From Guillardia theta CCMP2712 (taxonomy: Eukaryota > Protista > Cryptophyta): DNA of 64,000 nt. Under the pieces are notes generated by a model that made no database searches, was not told the origin of the DNA, and was given only the letters and a program-made list of their open reading frames with translations. The position numbers and the translations under genes are program-made. The stretch lies in NCBI RefSeq assembly GCF_000315625.1, contig NW_005434589.1, forward strand, positions 13,330 to 77,329, given 5' to 3'. Positions 12,740 through 24,787 of this stretch are shown here, piece by piece (within the stretch, counting starts at the first letter, position 1; every line of letters begins with the position of its first letter).

Positions 12740-12985
12740 TGTACGGCAAGGAAGGGTCAAGGAACAGCTGGACGGGGAGCTCTGAGAGGATGCGGAGGAG
12801 GTGGTGCTGCTGCCCTCTGACACAAAGGTGGAGCAAACGATCCTCTTGCAGGAGGTCAAGCAGCCGCTGCTTGGCGAGCATGGCGTCTCTCAGCTCCATG
12901 GCACGTTTGACCGCCCTGCGGCGAGTGGCTCAGAGGAGGGGAAGGAGGAAGACGAGGGAGCAGGCAGAGCAGGAGGTACACCAGA

Positions 12986-13035
<50 letters not shown>

Positions 13036-13511
13036 AAGGAGCAGGAGCAGGAGCAGGAGAAGAAGCAGAAGCAAGGGAAACAGAGAGATGAACTCACTCC
13101 ATTCTCTTCGCATCGTTATCAGCTGCAGCAAGCTGTTCCCTTAGCTCTGCCTCTAAGGAGCCAACCTCCCGCTCCTGCTCCTCCCTCCTGCTCCACTGCC
13201 TTGCCTCCCGGAGGAAGCTGGAGGCAAGAGACTCGTACAGACTCCTCCGTACTGCACTCTCCTCCTCCTCCTGTACTGGTGTATCCCTTCCTGCTGCAGC
13301 ATGACCAGTTGAGGGATGGCCTGCCCCGTGGGTATTTCCTTTCGCCTCCTCCTCCCCATCGACAACCTGCAAGAAACTGCAGGCGCTGCTTCAGACGGTG
13401 GACGTGAGAGGGACAAGAGGAAACGATGGAGTAACAGACAATTGGAACGAGGGAAGGAAGTGGAGGAAGACGGAGGAGGAGGGAGGAAGCAGGAAGTAGA
13501 AAGAGGAAGCA

Positions 13512-13544
<33 letters not shown>

Positions 13545-13731
13545 GCAGCAGATAGTTGCAGGAGGTAGGGAGAGAGAGGACAACTTCATTGCATTCAAGG
13601 CTGCTTCCGTCGCCAATTCGTCATGAGGGTGAAGAGCAGTAGAACTTTCTTGATCTTCGTGCTCGACAGTGGCAGGAAGAGGAAGAGAAATTTCTGCACA
13701 AGAACTCACAGGCTAGCAGTGAACCAACAGG

Positions 13732-13803
<72 letters not shown>

Positions 13804-15235
13804 AGCAGCGATGGAGGCGGCGGTAGCAGCAGCAAGTTACCTTCTCTGGTAAGTTTAAGCTGCCTCACATATCCGTCGCTGCCAAGGCTGATGAGAAGCA
13901 AGAAGCAGCGGAGGGAGGGAGGGAGGGAGGGAAGGGAGCGAGAGAGAGAGAATTGAGGAGACGAGATGAGTGGGGAGGAGGAGAAAGAGGTGATGGTTGT
14001 GGTCGAGGGGGGTTGAGGGATGGGTCAAGTTCAAACCATGGCGAGCTTACCTGGCCTTACGGTACCTCACGCGCACCTGACTCCCACCCACTCCCCTCAN
14101 NNNNNNNNNNNNNNNNNNNNNNNNNNNNNNNNNNNNNNNNNNNNNNNNNNNNNNNNNNNNNNNNNNNNNNNNNNNNNNNNNNNNNNNNNNNNNNNNNNNN
14201 NNNNNNNNNNNNNNNNNNNNNNNNNNNNNNNNNNNNNNNNNNNNNNNNNNNNNNNNNNNNNNNNNNNNNNNNNNNNNNNNNNNNNNNNNNNNNNNNNNNN
14301 NNNNNNNNNNNNNNNNNNNNNNNNNNNNNNNNNNNNNNNNNNNNNNNNNNNNNNNNNNNNNNNNNNNNNNNNNNNNNNNNNNNNNNNNNNNNNNNNNNNN
14401 NNNNNNNNNNNNNNNNNNNNNNNNNNNNNNNNNNNNNNNNNNNNNNNNNNNNNNNNNNNNNNNNNNNNNNNNNNNNNNNNNNNNNNNNNNNNNNNNNNNN
14501 NNNNNNNNNNNNNNNNNNNNNNNNNNNNNNNNNNNNNNNNNNNNNNNNNNNNNNNNNNNNNNNNNNNNNNNNNNNNNNNNNNNNNNNNNNNNNNNNNNNN
14601 NNNNNNNNNNNCGTCGTCGTCGCCGTCGTCGACGACGGCGGAAGAAAAGATTAGTAGAATAAGTGACTGCTGCTGTTGCAGTAGCTCGGCTGCATCCTCA
14701 TCCTCCTCATCCTCGTCTTCCTCGCCTCCATCTCCTCGCCTCCTCCTCCTCCTCCTCCTCCTTCTCCTCCTCCTCCTCCTCACCTTGTCTCCTGCCTCCA
14801 CTCCTCCGCGAGCTGCTGGGCTGTCCGATCGCACAGACTGCGATGAGGTTGGTGAGCAAGAGGACCGGAGGCAGGAGGATGAGGACAAGACAAGGACGAG
14901 GAGGACGAGGACGAGGACAAGACAAGGACGAGGACAAGACAAGGACGAGGAGGATGAGGACGAGGACGAGGTATGAGCATCAGCAGCAGCACTCACCTCA
15001 CAAATAATTTTCATCCTGCCTTGGTGAACTTCAGCCACGACTTCGATGCCGACGTCTCCAGTGGCCTCCTGCTCCGCATCCCGCTCCTCCCCCTGGTCCT
15101 GCTCCTCCTCCTGCTCCTCCTCTTCCTCCTCTTGCGAGCTCTGTGAGGAATGTGTCGAACGACTGATTCCCTTCCTGCTGGGAGGGGCCTCTGGCTCGTG
15201 CTCGACGTGAATCTCCCACAAGATCTGAGGCATGC
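12740..15235 (-). CDS. Exon fragments: PDZ-like segment, possible WD40 blade and coiled coil (one or more genes, interrupted by a gap; may join the LRR gene)
   Basis: GDVGIEVVAEVHQGRMKIICE|..VRSDSPAARGGVEAGDK (PDZ-like, ~14780-15060), LISLGSDGYVRQLKL (WD40-like) and EVGSLEAELREQL (coiled coil), with GT-AG boundaries. Confidence 0.4.
14100..14611. other. Assembly gap (others at 1799-1963, 5655-5839, 15436-15535)
   Basis: Runs of N. Confidence 1.
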
Positions 15236-15724
15236 AGGCGAGGGAGAGGGGAAATGTAAGAGTGGAAGAGGGAGAGGGAGAGGGAGAGGGAGAGAGATGG
15301 GAGCAGGAGAAGAGAAATGATGAACAAGAGAGAAGGATAGAGATGGAGAGTAGAAGGGAGAGGAGAAGGAAGGGGAGAGGGAGAGGAGGAGGAAGGGGAG
15401 AGGGAGAGGAGAAGGAAGGGGAGAGGGAGAGGAGANNNNNNNNNNNNNNNNNNNNNNNNNNNNNNNNNNNNNNNNNNNNNNNNNNNNNNNNNNNNNNNNN
15501 NNNNNNNNNNNNNNNNNNNNNNNNNNNNNNNNNNNCCATACAACCAACCGAAAATTTCATCTCCTCTCCTTCTCCCATCCCTCCCTCCCTCCATCCCACT
15601 TCCCTTGTCTGGCTATTTTCCGGTCCATCAAACTCCTCTTACCCTCCTCCCTCCCTCCCTCCCCTCCCCTCCTCATCCCCTCCTTCCCCACTTTCCCGTC
15701 CCTGACCATCTCGTTCTTTCGCAG

Positions 15725-16302
15725 GTTCTGCTGCACCGTACCCCTCCTCCTCATCGTCCATGGAGGCTTCGCCAGCAGAGACGAAGGAAGGAGAACCGCA
15801 GAGGAAGAGAGTCAGGAAGTCCAAACTTGAGAGCACAGCTCCTCCAGAGGGCGACCCGTCACTATCTCCTTCTCCTCCTCCTCCTCCTCCTAGACCCATG
15901 GCGAAGCCTAAGAACTCAGCCATGAGCGTCTTCTACTGTGAGGTCTGCCAGTTTTACCATTCCTGGACGGAGAAATGCAACGGGAGTCAGAACAAGCACA
16001 ACGAGCGCGACGGCGACGGCAGCAGCAGCAGCAGCAGCAATGACAGCAGGACGAACAACCTGGTCAGACCTTCCTCCAGCTCGCAGCAGAAGGAGCAGGA
16101 GGGCGGCAACGTAACTGAGCAGCTTCAGAGCTACCGAGGATGCTTCCAGAAGTACGTTGACAGCGCGGTCAGACACTACAGGACTGCTGGGTCGAAGATG
16201 ATGCGAGTTAGCCTTGACAAGGTGGCGCGAGGGCAGCTGGGGCAGGAGGCGGAGAGCCGAAGTGTGAGACGAAAGGAGGAGAGCGAGCGAAGAAAAGGAT
16301 GA
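15725..16302 (+). CDS. Hypothetical protein exon with NLS-like and CxxC..H..C motifs
   Basis: An acceptor ttctttcgcag at ~15724 precedes an ORF containing RKRVRK and FYCEVCQFYHSWTEKC. Confidence 0.35.
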
Positions 16303-16502
16303 TGAAAGGGGGAAAAACGGAAAGGGGGGGGGGGGGGAGGAAGGCGAAGTGCGTCGTCGGTCGTCTTAGTCGTTGTCTTCTTTCTTCTTCTCTTCTTCCT
16401 CCTCCTCCTCTTCAATCACCACCACCTCCTCTACCTCCTCCTCCTCCACCACCACAACGACTAGTTTCTGTTACTTCAAGCTCCTCTTTTCAACCATCTC
16501 AC

Positions 16503-19240
16503 CAGATTTCTCCATTTTTTGGAAGACGCCATGCCTGAACCACAGATGTGAATATATTCCCTCCCTGAAACCCCGCCTCCTCTCTCTTCTCTTCCCTCCC
16601 ATCCCCTGCCCTTCCCTCCCATCCTGTCCCATCCCTACTGCTCCCATTCCATCCTTGCCCTCTCCTCTCCTCCCCAACTGATCCCAAGTTCGCTCCTCTC
16701 CTCACCAGCTGCTGTCGTCGGGCCGCCCACGTTGGCGTTGCTCTGAAGGGCAGGAGAGTGACGGTCAAGCATCAGAGATCAACAGGGGGCTCACGGCCAG
16801 CAGCAGCTCATTCCACCACACTGACTCCGAGAACTTGGGTTCTCGCTAACAGCAACGATATGAGCCGAAGCGGAAGCAGGGCCAGGGCCAGGAGCAGGAG
16901 CAGGAGCAGAAAGAGATACGAGTAGGATGAAGAGAAAGATACAAGTAGGAGCAAGAGGGTTCACGAGAAGAAAGTTGAGAGGAGCAGGAGTTGAGGAGGA
17001 GGAGGAGGAGGAGGAGAGGGGAACGAGGAGAAGATTCACCCGGAGGTAGAACATTCGTCCAACAACGAGGAGAATCACGAGGTGGAGCGCGATCTTGGTG
17101 AATGTTAAACTGGGGGCAGAGAAGGTTTGAATGCACCTGAATCGCACTGAAGACGAACAAGGAAGGAGCTGATTCAAGCACGAGGCGGATGCTGCTCCCC
17201 GTCGTCAAGATTGACGTCAGCGAGAAGAAGAAGGACGAGGAGGAGGACGAGCTTGAGAGGAGCCCGTGCAATCGCTTGAGAGCAGCCGCAGAGGGAGAGG
17301 AGGAGGAGGAGGAGGAGGAGGAGGAGGAGGAGAACAACTTCACCTCCCTGACGCTCCCGTAGCAGCGAAGAACAGCTGCATGCACAGGATACCCACTGCT
17401 TCGCCTGCTCCCTAGAAACCAGCTCATGCTCGAGCATTCGCAGCTCGCGGCCGCCTCCTCACCTTCATCCTGGACATCTGCTGTGGAAGCAGAGTGGCGA
17501 GGAGGATTACGAGGAAAGTCGCGATAGGGATCAGCCACCCTCCTACCATGCGTTAGCAGCAGTAAACCTTCTCCTCAACCTTCTGCTTTTCACCTCCGCC
17601 CCCTGGTCCTTTTCTCCAACTTTCCACCTCCTTCTCGTCCCCCCCCCCCCCTTTCCTCCTCCTCCTCCCCATCCTCATCCTCATCATCATAACCATCATC
17701 ATAATCATCATCATAATCATCATCATCATAATCATCCTCATCATCCTCACCTAAAGAAAACATCTGAACAATTCGAGCTGCAATCAAGCAGATTCCCGCT
17801 GAGATCGCCATGGCTTCCCTCGAAGCTTCAGCACCTTGGTCCTTGAACGCAGTAACTCCTCACCGGACGAGACGTCGACGATTGTAAAACTTGCGCTCCC
17901 TTCTTCCTCGACATTATTTTCGACAACATTCTTGTCATTTGTGGATCCTGCTGAGTTGGCCATGGCGAAGATTGCGATGAAGTACACGGCCACAACAAGG
18001 TTGTCCGCTGCTATTCCTGCCTGCATCGAAATCATCGTCATCAACATAATCAACATCGTCGTATCGATCATCATTCCCATCATATAACCATCATCAGAGC
18101 AGCACCACCAGCACCACCAGCACCACCAGCACCACCAGCACCACCACTTCTTGCACATTTGCAAGCAAGACATTCGTCGATTCACCGTGACAACAGCGGC
18201 AGGGGCCTGTGAACACACATGTCAGGTCGGCATGACTTGTTGCTCAAGTGCAGCAGGACCTCGAGAACATCTGCCACAGCAACATAGTTGATTGCTCCTC
18301 CGATGTGCCTGAGGGGGGAAACAATTACTCTCGCTCCTCCAACATCCTATCCTCCACCCCGTCCTGTACCCTCTCCTCAGCCCTCTCCCATCTTACTCCC
18401 CGCCCTTTAACGTCCTTGTGACCTGCTGCAGAGGGCCGCTGCGATTTTCCATGCTCCCTCAACGCCGTTCATTGGGAACACAGCGGCAGCCAGTACCTGA
18501 AGACAGGAGCATGAGAGTCGAGAGTAACGCGGTAGAGTGCAAAACCGTCGACGCGAGCGTGGCAAAGGCTCCGATGAAGAACGCAAGGAGCAAGCTTCCT
18601 GTGTCTGTGAAGATCCGCTTAGCCACCTCATCATGCAGGAGGGGGAACGGAGGAGGAGGAGGAGGAGGAGGAGGAGAAGGAGAAGGAGGAGGAGGAGGAG
18701 ACTCAAACCTTTCATCACTTTCCTCAGATCGGCAGAGAACAGGAGGAGAGGGACAGCCAGGGGAACAAGGAACTTGTTGACTGTGTTGTAAGCCGGTGCG
18801 CTAGTGGGAAGGACTCCACAGTTGACGAGGATGAGAGATATGAACATGGTCACCAGCGGCGAGGAGAGGGCCGCTCCCACCCTCGTCTTCTCTGCCCGCA
18901 GCCCCACGCACGCGCACGCCAGCATTGCCGTCCACATGGCCCAGTCATCATGGGGGGACACAAGGGAAGCGTGTCCAAGAGAGGAAGCAAACGAGGCCTT
19001 GAGAGGAACCAGCAAGACCGCGATCAGCACCGGCAGCAGCACCGCAACACGCCTACCCCGACCTCCCCTCAATGGTCGCATCGTGGAGGAGCGATCGAGA
19101 GGAAGGATGGGCCTCTTGGAGGAGATGAGGGGAAGGAGCCTGGTAGCAGGAGAAGGAGGGATAGAACTCAGCATCGTGTGCCGCGGTAAGGCGGTTGAGG
19201 ACATGACTGGAGCGAAGCTCAGGCCGTCAGGGCTTGCCAT
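16503..19240 (-). CDS. DUF819 / YjcL-family multi-pass membrane protein (multi-exon; last exon not found)
   Basis: Family-type motifs across exons: FLVPLAVPLLLFSADLRKV, KIAAALCSR|HIGGAINYVAV, IAADNLVVAVYF, MQLFFAATGASG, ELLLA|SNANVGGPTTAA|GMASSKKW. Confidence 0.85.
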
Positions 19241-19760
19241 GGCGCACTACGACGGCCGGATCGCTGCGGCCCCCGGTCCGGCAGCGGGCCCTTCCGAAGT
19301 TCGGAGCAGGTACCGTACCGATAAAGTGAACAGTACTTTGTTTACTCAAAGTTAAGTTTAAAATCAGTACGAGGACAATCAAAACTTGGCAGAGCAATGC
19401 GCCGCGGTACTAGGCCTACTGAGTTCTTCCTTTAGTGACATAACTTTGACTCGGTAAAGGAAGAACCGTATTGAACGTAAAGGGGAAGAAGACTCTCAAC
19501 AGTACGGAGATCCCCGGACTGACTGAGTCGCCGCCCGGCGGCGCCGGTTGAAGGGCCTCGGAAGCCTGCCTCACGGCCCGCCCTGCCACCGTGACTTGCT
19601 GCGGTTGAAATTTCGGTTTGGGCCGGCGGCGTCAAGCCCGGGCCGGGCTGCCGGCCCATGCCCGCCCGGCGGCCCCGGGGCCGCCGGGCCCGGCAGTCCG
19701 GCCGGACTGAACTATAGACGGTTCACCATCTTCCGGGTTCACCATTTGTTACGAGTGGCC

Positions 19761-21288
19761 ATGCTCAGAGCAGCAGGAGCAGCGCTGTTGGTCATGGCGG
19801 TTGGGTCGCAGCTGGGGAGCGTGAGTGAAGCCTTTGTGCTGAGTGCTGGCACTGTGTCGCACAGATCAGCTTCCCTGAAGGCCTCATCAGGTGCTTGCTA
19901 CATGCCTTGCTTGCGCGCTTCGTGACTCCACCCTTTCCTCCAGCAATCCGGCTCAGGGAAGGGTTCTGTCATGGAGCCACCTCAACGAGGGGCAGGGCCA
20001 CGAGAGCGACATTTGCTCAAAGTGTGCAGGGCACGCTTGTCCAATCCTCGGAGAGAGCAAAGACTCTGCCCTGGAAGGAATCGGTAGCTCTCATTAAAAC
20101 CCACTCACGTCCTGAGCAGTTCCAGGTTGCTGGTGCGGAACATAGATTGCTGTACATGCCATTTCTTGAATGGCAGCTGGATTTTATGAAGAAACACTTT
20201 CCTGATTTGAAAGATCTCCCCTTCGAAGAGCACCTTTCAAACAGACTTCGACGGTCTGCAGATTGCCTGACTCCAGTTTGTGGCTGATGGTTTTCACCTC
20301 AGAAAAAGCCTGCAGTGATCGAATCATGGCAATACGAAACCAAGGAGTTCCGCAAGATTCGCCTCACCTACATCGATGCTGGACAGAACGCTCAGGTCTT
20401 CAACAGTGTGTGGTACCCCAGGCACAGCTACGATGCCCCAGTGTTTGGCATTGACTTCCTGGCCTTCGGCAAGAAGAAGGTAGGGATGCCTCCAATTCTC
20501 TCTCGGTATCTCCTGAAGCCTTCGAACAGGTTCTGGCTATCTTGGACCTGCAGCCCTTGACGCAGGATCCAGCATACCTGGAGAACTACATCGATCCTCT
20601 GATTCCACTGCGAAACAAGTACGAGGTAGTCAGAAGCTGCCGCTCTCGCCTTGGGCTCAACTCCTGCTGCCCCTCCAGGATCTCTGCGGCAGAATGTCAA
20701 GCAAGTTCTACGATGAGACTCGCTTCTTCTCCAAGCAGCTGCTGTTCGGAAGATTCGACAACGACGAGCCTGTGCGTACCAGCTCGCCCTGCTGCGCCCC
20801 CTTGTGATCCACAGCAGGTGATGAGCTCGCTCTTCCCGGCCTTCCAAGAGTACATGGAGGTGTTTCCTGTCGATGTGTGCGATGCCAGGGACGACTGACA
20901 GACCTCTCAGTACTACGTGAAGATGATCAGGGGGTTGACGCCCGATGACTCGAAGGACTTTACCTCCCACGTTGCCGAGCTGCAGGTGATACCGTGTCGG
21001 CCTGATGCACAGCTGCCTTGACTCGTGTCCTCAGAGGCAATACGACCAATACAGCGCAGAGAAAGACCCTGCTGTAAGAGTATGCTTCCGCGGAAATTCA
21101 TTATGACACCTTGCCAGGTTGGCCTCTTCAGCACTTACTGGGGTGAGGAGTGGGCTGAAGACTTCACATACAACTTTCTCTTCAGCGAAGCGGTGCTGAT
21201 ACCTTTATCCTTCAGTTGAATGATCGACAAGTTGACCTGTCCTCTGTAGGTTCCCCAGCCCAAACCTGCCGAGCCAAAGGCGGAGTGA
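19761..21288 (+). CDS. pebA: 15,16-dihydrobiliverdin:ferredoxin oxidoreductase (ferredoxin-dependent bilin reductase), plastid-targeted
   Basis: Spliced protein contains IESWQYETKEFRKIRLTYIDAG..QVFNSVWYP..GIDFLAFG..VLAILDLQPLTQD..YDQYSAEKDPAVGLF..WAEDFTYNFLF, matching recalled cyanobacterial PebA motifs. N-terminal signal peptide ends SEA|F and is followed by a Ser/Arg-rich transit peptide. Confidence 0.9.
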
Positions 21289-21464
21289 AGGGCCTTACTC
21301 GAATGGACAACCAGCATCAGGAAGCAATGATTCAGCAAGGAAGATTTCAAAGGAAGACCGCTTCATCGTTCCCTCCTCATAACACAAGAATACTAGGGTC
21401 TTTTGACTCTGGGATATTCATCATTGGAACATTTATTACACTTTACTGCTACATGTCCGATTGT

Positions 21465-21581
21465 TTACCACGGGCGGTTGTCAAGGTCGGAGTTCCACGA
21501 GGGCCAGGTGCCGTTGAAGGCGAGGGGGAGCTGCTCATGGTGCTGATACTCCTGACGCCACATCCAGAGAGATTGGAACAT
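21465..21581 (-). CDS. Possible 38-aa Trp-rich micropeptide
   Basis: ATG lies just after an acceptor-like tcacag: MFQSLWMWRQEYQHHEQLPLAFNGTWPSWNSDLDNRPW*. Donor-like sites upstream suggest spliced 5' UTR exons. Confidence 0.3.
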   Translation of the reverse strand: MFQSLWMWRQEYQHHEQLPLAFNGTWPSWNSDLDNRPW

Positions 21582-22598
21582 TTTCCTGTGACACAACACG
21601 CAAGTCAGGAAAACAAGTCGTATCAGTGCATGACAAAGGAAGGTAGAAACTTGCCAACAGCAAACGAACTCACCAAATCTCAACAGCACTAGAGCACAAC
21701 CTCTCAACAACATCGGCACAACACGAACATCACATATCACACATCAAATATCACCACATGTTCCCCCGCTCGTACCTTTCCTGATTGCCTTCTCCTCCTC
21801 CCTCCCTCTATTTCAACCTCTAGATCTATTTCCGGTTTCCTTTTTTTTGTACCAGAGTATGACTACGGGTCCGATTGAAGGATCACGACCGGGTACTGGC
21901 TGGTAGGGATTCCTGCTGGTGAATTGTGATGGGTCCATCTCTCTGAGGGTGGGGTAAGTGAAAGGTAGTTTCACAAATTCCATCGACATACGGGGTCATT
22001 CATGGGTAAATTTGGGGTACATAAAGCAGTCAATGTTGAAATCGGGGGTACAGAGGTAAAAGGGTGGGGTGGGATCCTTGCCCCTGGCCGCTGGTAGCAA
22101 CGGGGGTGGTACAGGGATCCCTGACTTGACGGGGGCAGTGAATGTCAATTAGGGTCGGACATTCTTGATTCAAGGCAGAGATACTACCTACCCCCATCTT
22201 CGAATTCATCCAGCCAGACCCCTTACTTTCAGTCATAGTACCCCACCCGTTTCTGATGATCAGACTGACCCTTTCGAAATGACCACCCATGTTCCCGGGG
22301 CGTGGTTGATTCTGTACCACAAATTTTACATAATCTAGTTAAGTAAAAGGATCTGTGGTGACTTGAGTTAATATTTCATGCGGCTGCTCGAAGGCGATGA
22401 GCCATACAGGAAGGGGAAGGGGGGGGGGGGGGGGGGGGGGGGGAAAGGGTTTGGGGAGGAAAGAGAATAAGAGATAGAGGACAGACAGCGGGCGAAGCAG
22501 GAGTGGAGGGATGTGTGGAGAAGGATGCATAGCGTGCGAGAATCTCCTGATGACTTGTAGGATTGTTTTAGCACAAACTGATGAATTTTTGCAGGCTC

Positions 22599-24430
22599 AT
22601 GATCAAACTACCCGGATGTTTTGCAATCGTTGCCATCTTGCCCCTCCTCTTCTCTTGCTCTGCACTGCCTATCAAAGACCATGTTCTTGATCATCTCAGA
22701 CCGTCAACGGAGGGAGGGAACGTATGGGTTTTGTTAGTTGCTGGATCGAGTGGCTACATGAACTACAGGCATCAGGCAGACGTCTGCCATTCCTATCATA
22801 GCATACGAGCTCGAGGAGTTCCCGAGGAGCGAATCATTGTCATGCTCTTCGACGATGTGGTTCAGTCCTTCTTCAACACAAGACGCGGCTTCCTCTACAA
22901 CGAGCCCGACGGAGACGACGTGTACGCGGGCGTTCGCAAGGACTATACGGGACATCAGATCACGCCCAAGAACTTCCTCGCTGTCCTACGGGGAGATGCC
23001 GTTGCCATGAAGGGCATCGGAACTGGGAGGGTCGTTGCGAGTGGTCCCAGCGATAGGATTTTTGTTTACTTTGCAGATCATGGAGCGCCTGGGATGCTAG
23101 CGTTCCCTTCTCACCATCTTGTCGTCCCCACCAAACTGTATGCCAAGGATCTGATATCTACTTTGGAGAAGATGCACAAGCAGCAGAAGTACGCAGAGAT
23201 GTTGCTGTACGTGGAAGCTTGCGAGTCTGGGTCGATGTTCGACGGTCTGTTGCGTGAGGATCTCAACATCCTTGCGGTCACTGCTGCTTCTCCGTTCGAG
23301 TCAAGCTTCGCGTGCTACTACAACAACACACTGGGCACGTTCCTCGGAGACTGCTTCAGCAACCACTGGCTGGAGCACGAGGACGAGACCTCGGTCTCCA
23401 CGGAAACCATAGATGACGAGGTTGAACGAGTCAAGACAGTGACGAACACTAGCCACGTGTGTGTCTATGGAGACATGAGGTACACTACTTCTCTCTTTTG
23501 CCCTGCCCCTCTCCTCACGATGTTTCAGCATCGCTCAACAATTTCTCGGAGATTTCTTGGGCCCCAAGTCGAACTCCTCAGTCTCCCGTCAGCCTGCAGG
23601 AGGCAGGAGGCAGGCGAAGGCGACGTCGAGCAGAGATGTGCATGAGACGGTCCTGAGGTGCCTCCTCCTCCCGCGACCCTCTCGTACTGACTCCGACATC
23701 GCCCAGGAATAGACTAGCTGAGCTGGAGGCCAGCCATCTCGGAGATCAAGAAGCAAGTGACCTGCACAGGGTATCCCCCCAGCTCGTTTCGGGCACCTCT
23801 GAATGTACTGCAGATGTTGGAGACGGAGCTGCGTGCTGTACTCGAGAGCCATACTCGCGCCGATCTTCTGTTCCTCGAGCTTGCTCGGTTAGTACCCTGG
23901 TCCTCTTCCTCCATTGTGCGGCGGTTGACTGTTACCTTCCTCACCGTTCAGAGCTCTAGCTGATGAGCAAGTGCCGCTCCAGCGTCTCCTCGTCGGCCAG
24001 GTCAGCATGATGATGATGGCTTGCCCGCTGCTGCTGACCAAGGTCTAACATAGAACCCTCCTCAAGACTGCCATGGGCAGACTGTCCCTGACTTCTCGTA
24101 ACCCACCTTCTCCCCCTCCTTCCTCATGACTTGTCTCGACTGCCTACAGGTGCCTGGAGTCGGCAGTTGACACTTTCGAGCATCTCTGCGAGCCTCTCAC
24201 CGACTACTCCTTGAAGTCAGCATCGCCTCCTCCTGCCTTCCTGCTGCTGATTGTTCTCGCTAGGTACGTTGCGGTGCTCAATCGAGCCTGCAGCGCTGGA
24301 AGGAGCACGACCGACATCACCTCTGCTATTGCTCAAGTTTGCAAAGTGATTGTCTCCTCTGCCTCCGTTACCTACTGTCCTCACCGCTTGCATACGATAG
24401 CATGCTGCAAAGCCAAGCCCTTGCCACAAA
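22599..24430 (+). CDS. Legumain / asparaginyl endopeptidase (peptidase C13, vacuolar processing enzyme)
   Basis: Signal peptide, WVLLVAGSSGYMNYRHQADVCH, catalytic His in FADHGAPG and Cys in YVEACESGSMF. C-terminal prodomain exons CLESAVDTFEHLC..DYSLK|YVAVLNRAC. 3' end approximate. Confidence 0.93.
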
Positions 24431-24787
24431 CAAACTTCCCAGTCAGCCTGCGACGCCATGGCCGACTGTACTTGGTGCAAGTAAGTGAGTACAACTCCTC
24501 CTCCTCATCTCACAGTCTGCGCAGGAGTTCAGCAGTACCCAGCAGGTGTCTGTCGATAGAGGAGGCCAAGAAATTGCCACCTGCAGTTTTTGTCTGCGAT
24601 CGCAGCGAGTGAGGGGACGACTTACATTTGAGTAAGGGAACGAAAGGGAGGAAGGGAGTGGGTCATTATGAAGGATAGAGGCGAGGAAAGAAGTAAGCAA
24701 TCTCCATTAGTCTTTCACTTTATTAGTTTGAATAGAATCACGTAGTTTACAGATCTTCTGCTTTCCTCTCCTTGCCCTTCCCTCTTC

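Larger units (their letters stand above)
263..13805. repeat. Dispersed intronic (GAGCAG)n/(CTCCTG)n, (GAG)n, (GACGAG)n, (GGT)n and (CCCT)n microsatellites (e.g. 263-332, 1691-1798, 5840-6030, 8637-8800, 11433-11480, 12090-12210, 12988-13057, 13733-13805)
   Basis: Directly visible simple repeats, several abutting N gaps. Confidence 0.95.

Noticed and set aside
141-18700. Numerous poly-L, poly-E, RS, EQ and poly-G ORFs in the ORF track
   Set aside because: Stop-free simple repeats and antisense shadows of real exons.
19310-19505. GTAC cluster as a copper-response element (CRR1/SBP type)
   Set aside because: That system is established for green algae and plants. Similar GTAC clusters occur at 28.1-28.9 kb with no copper-related gene, so no specific call is supportable.
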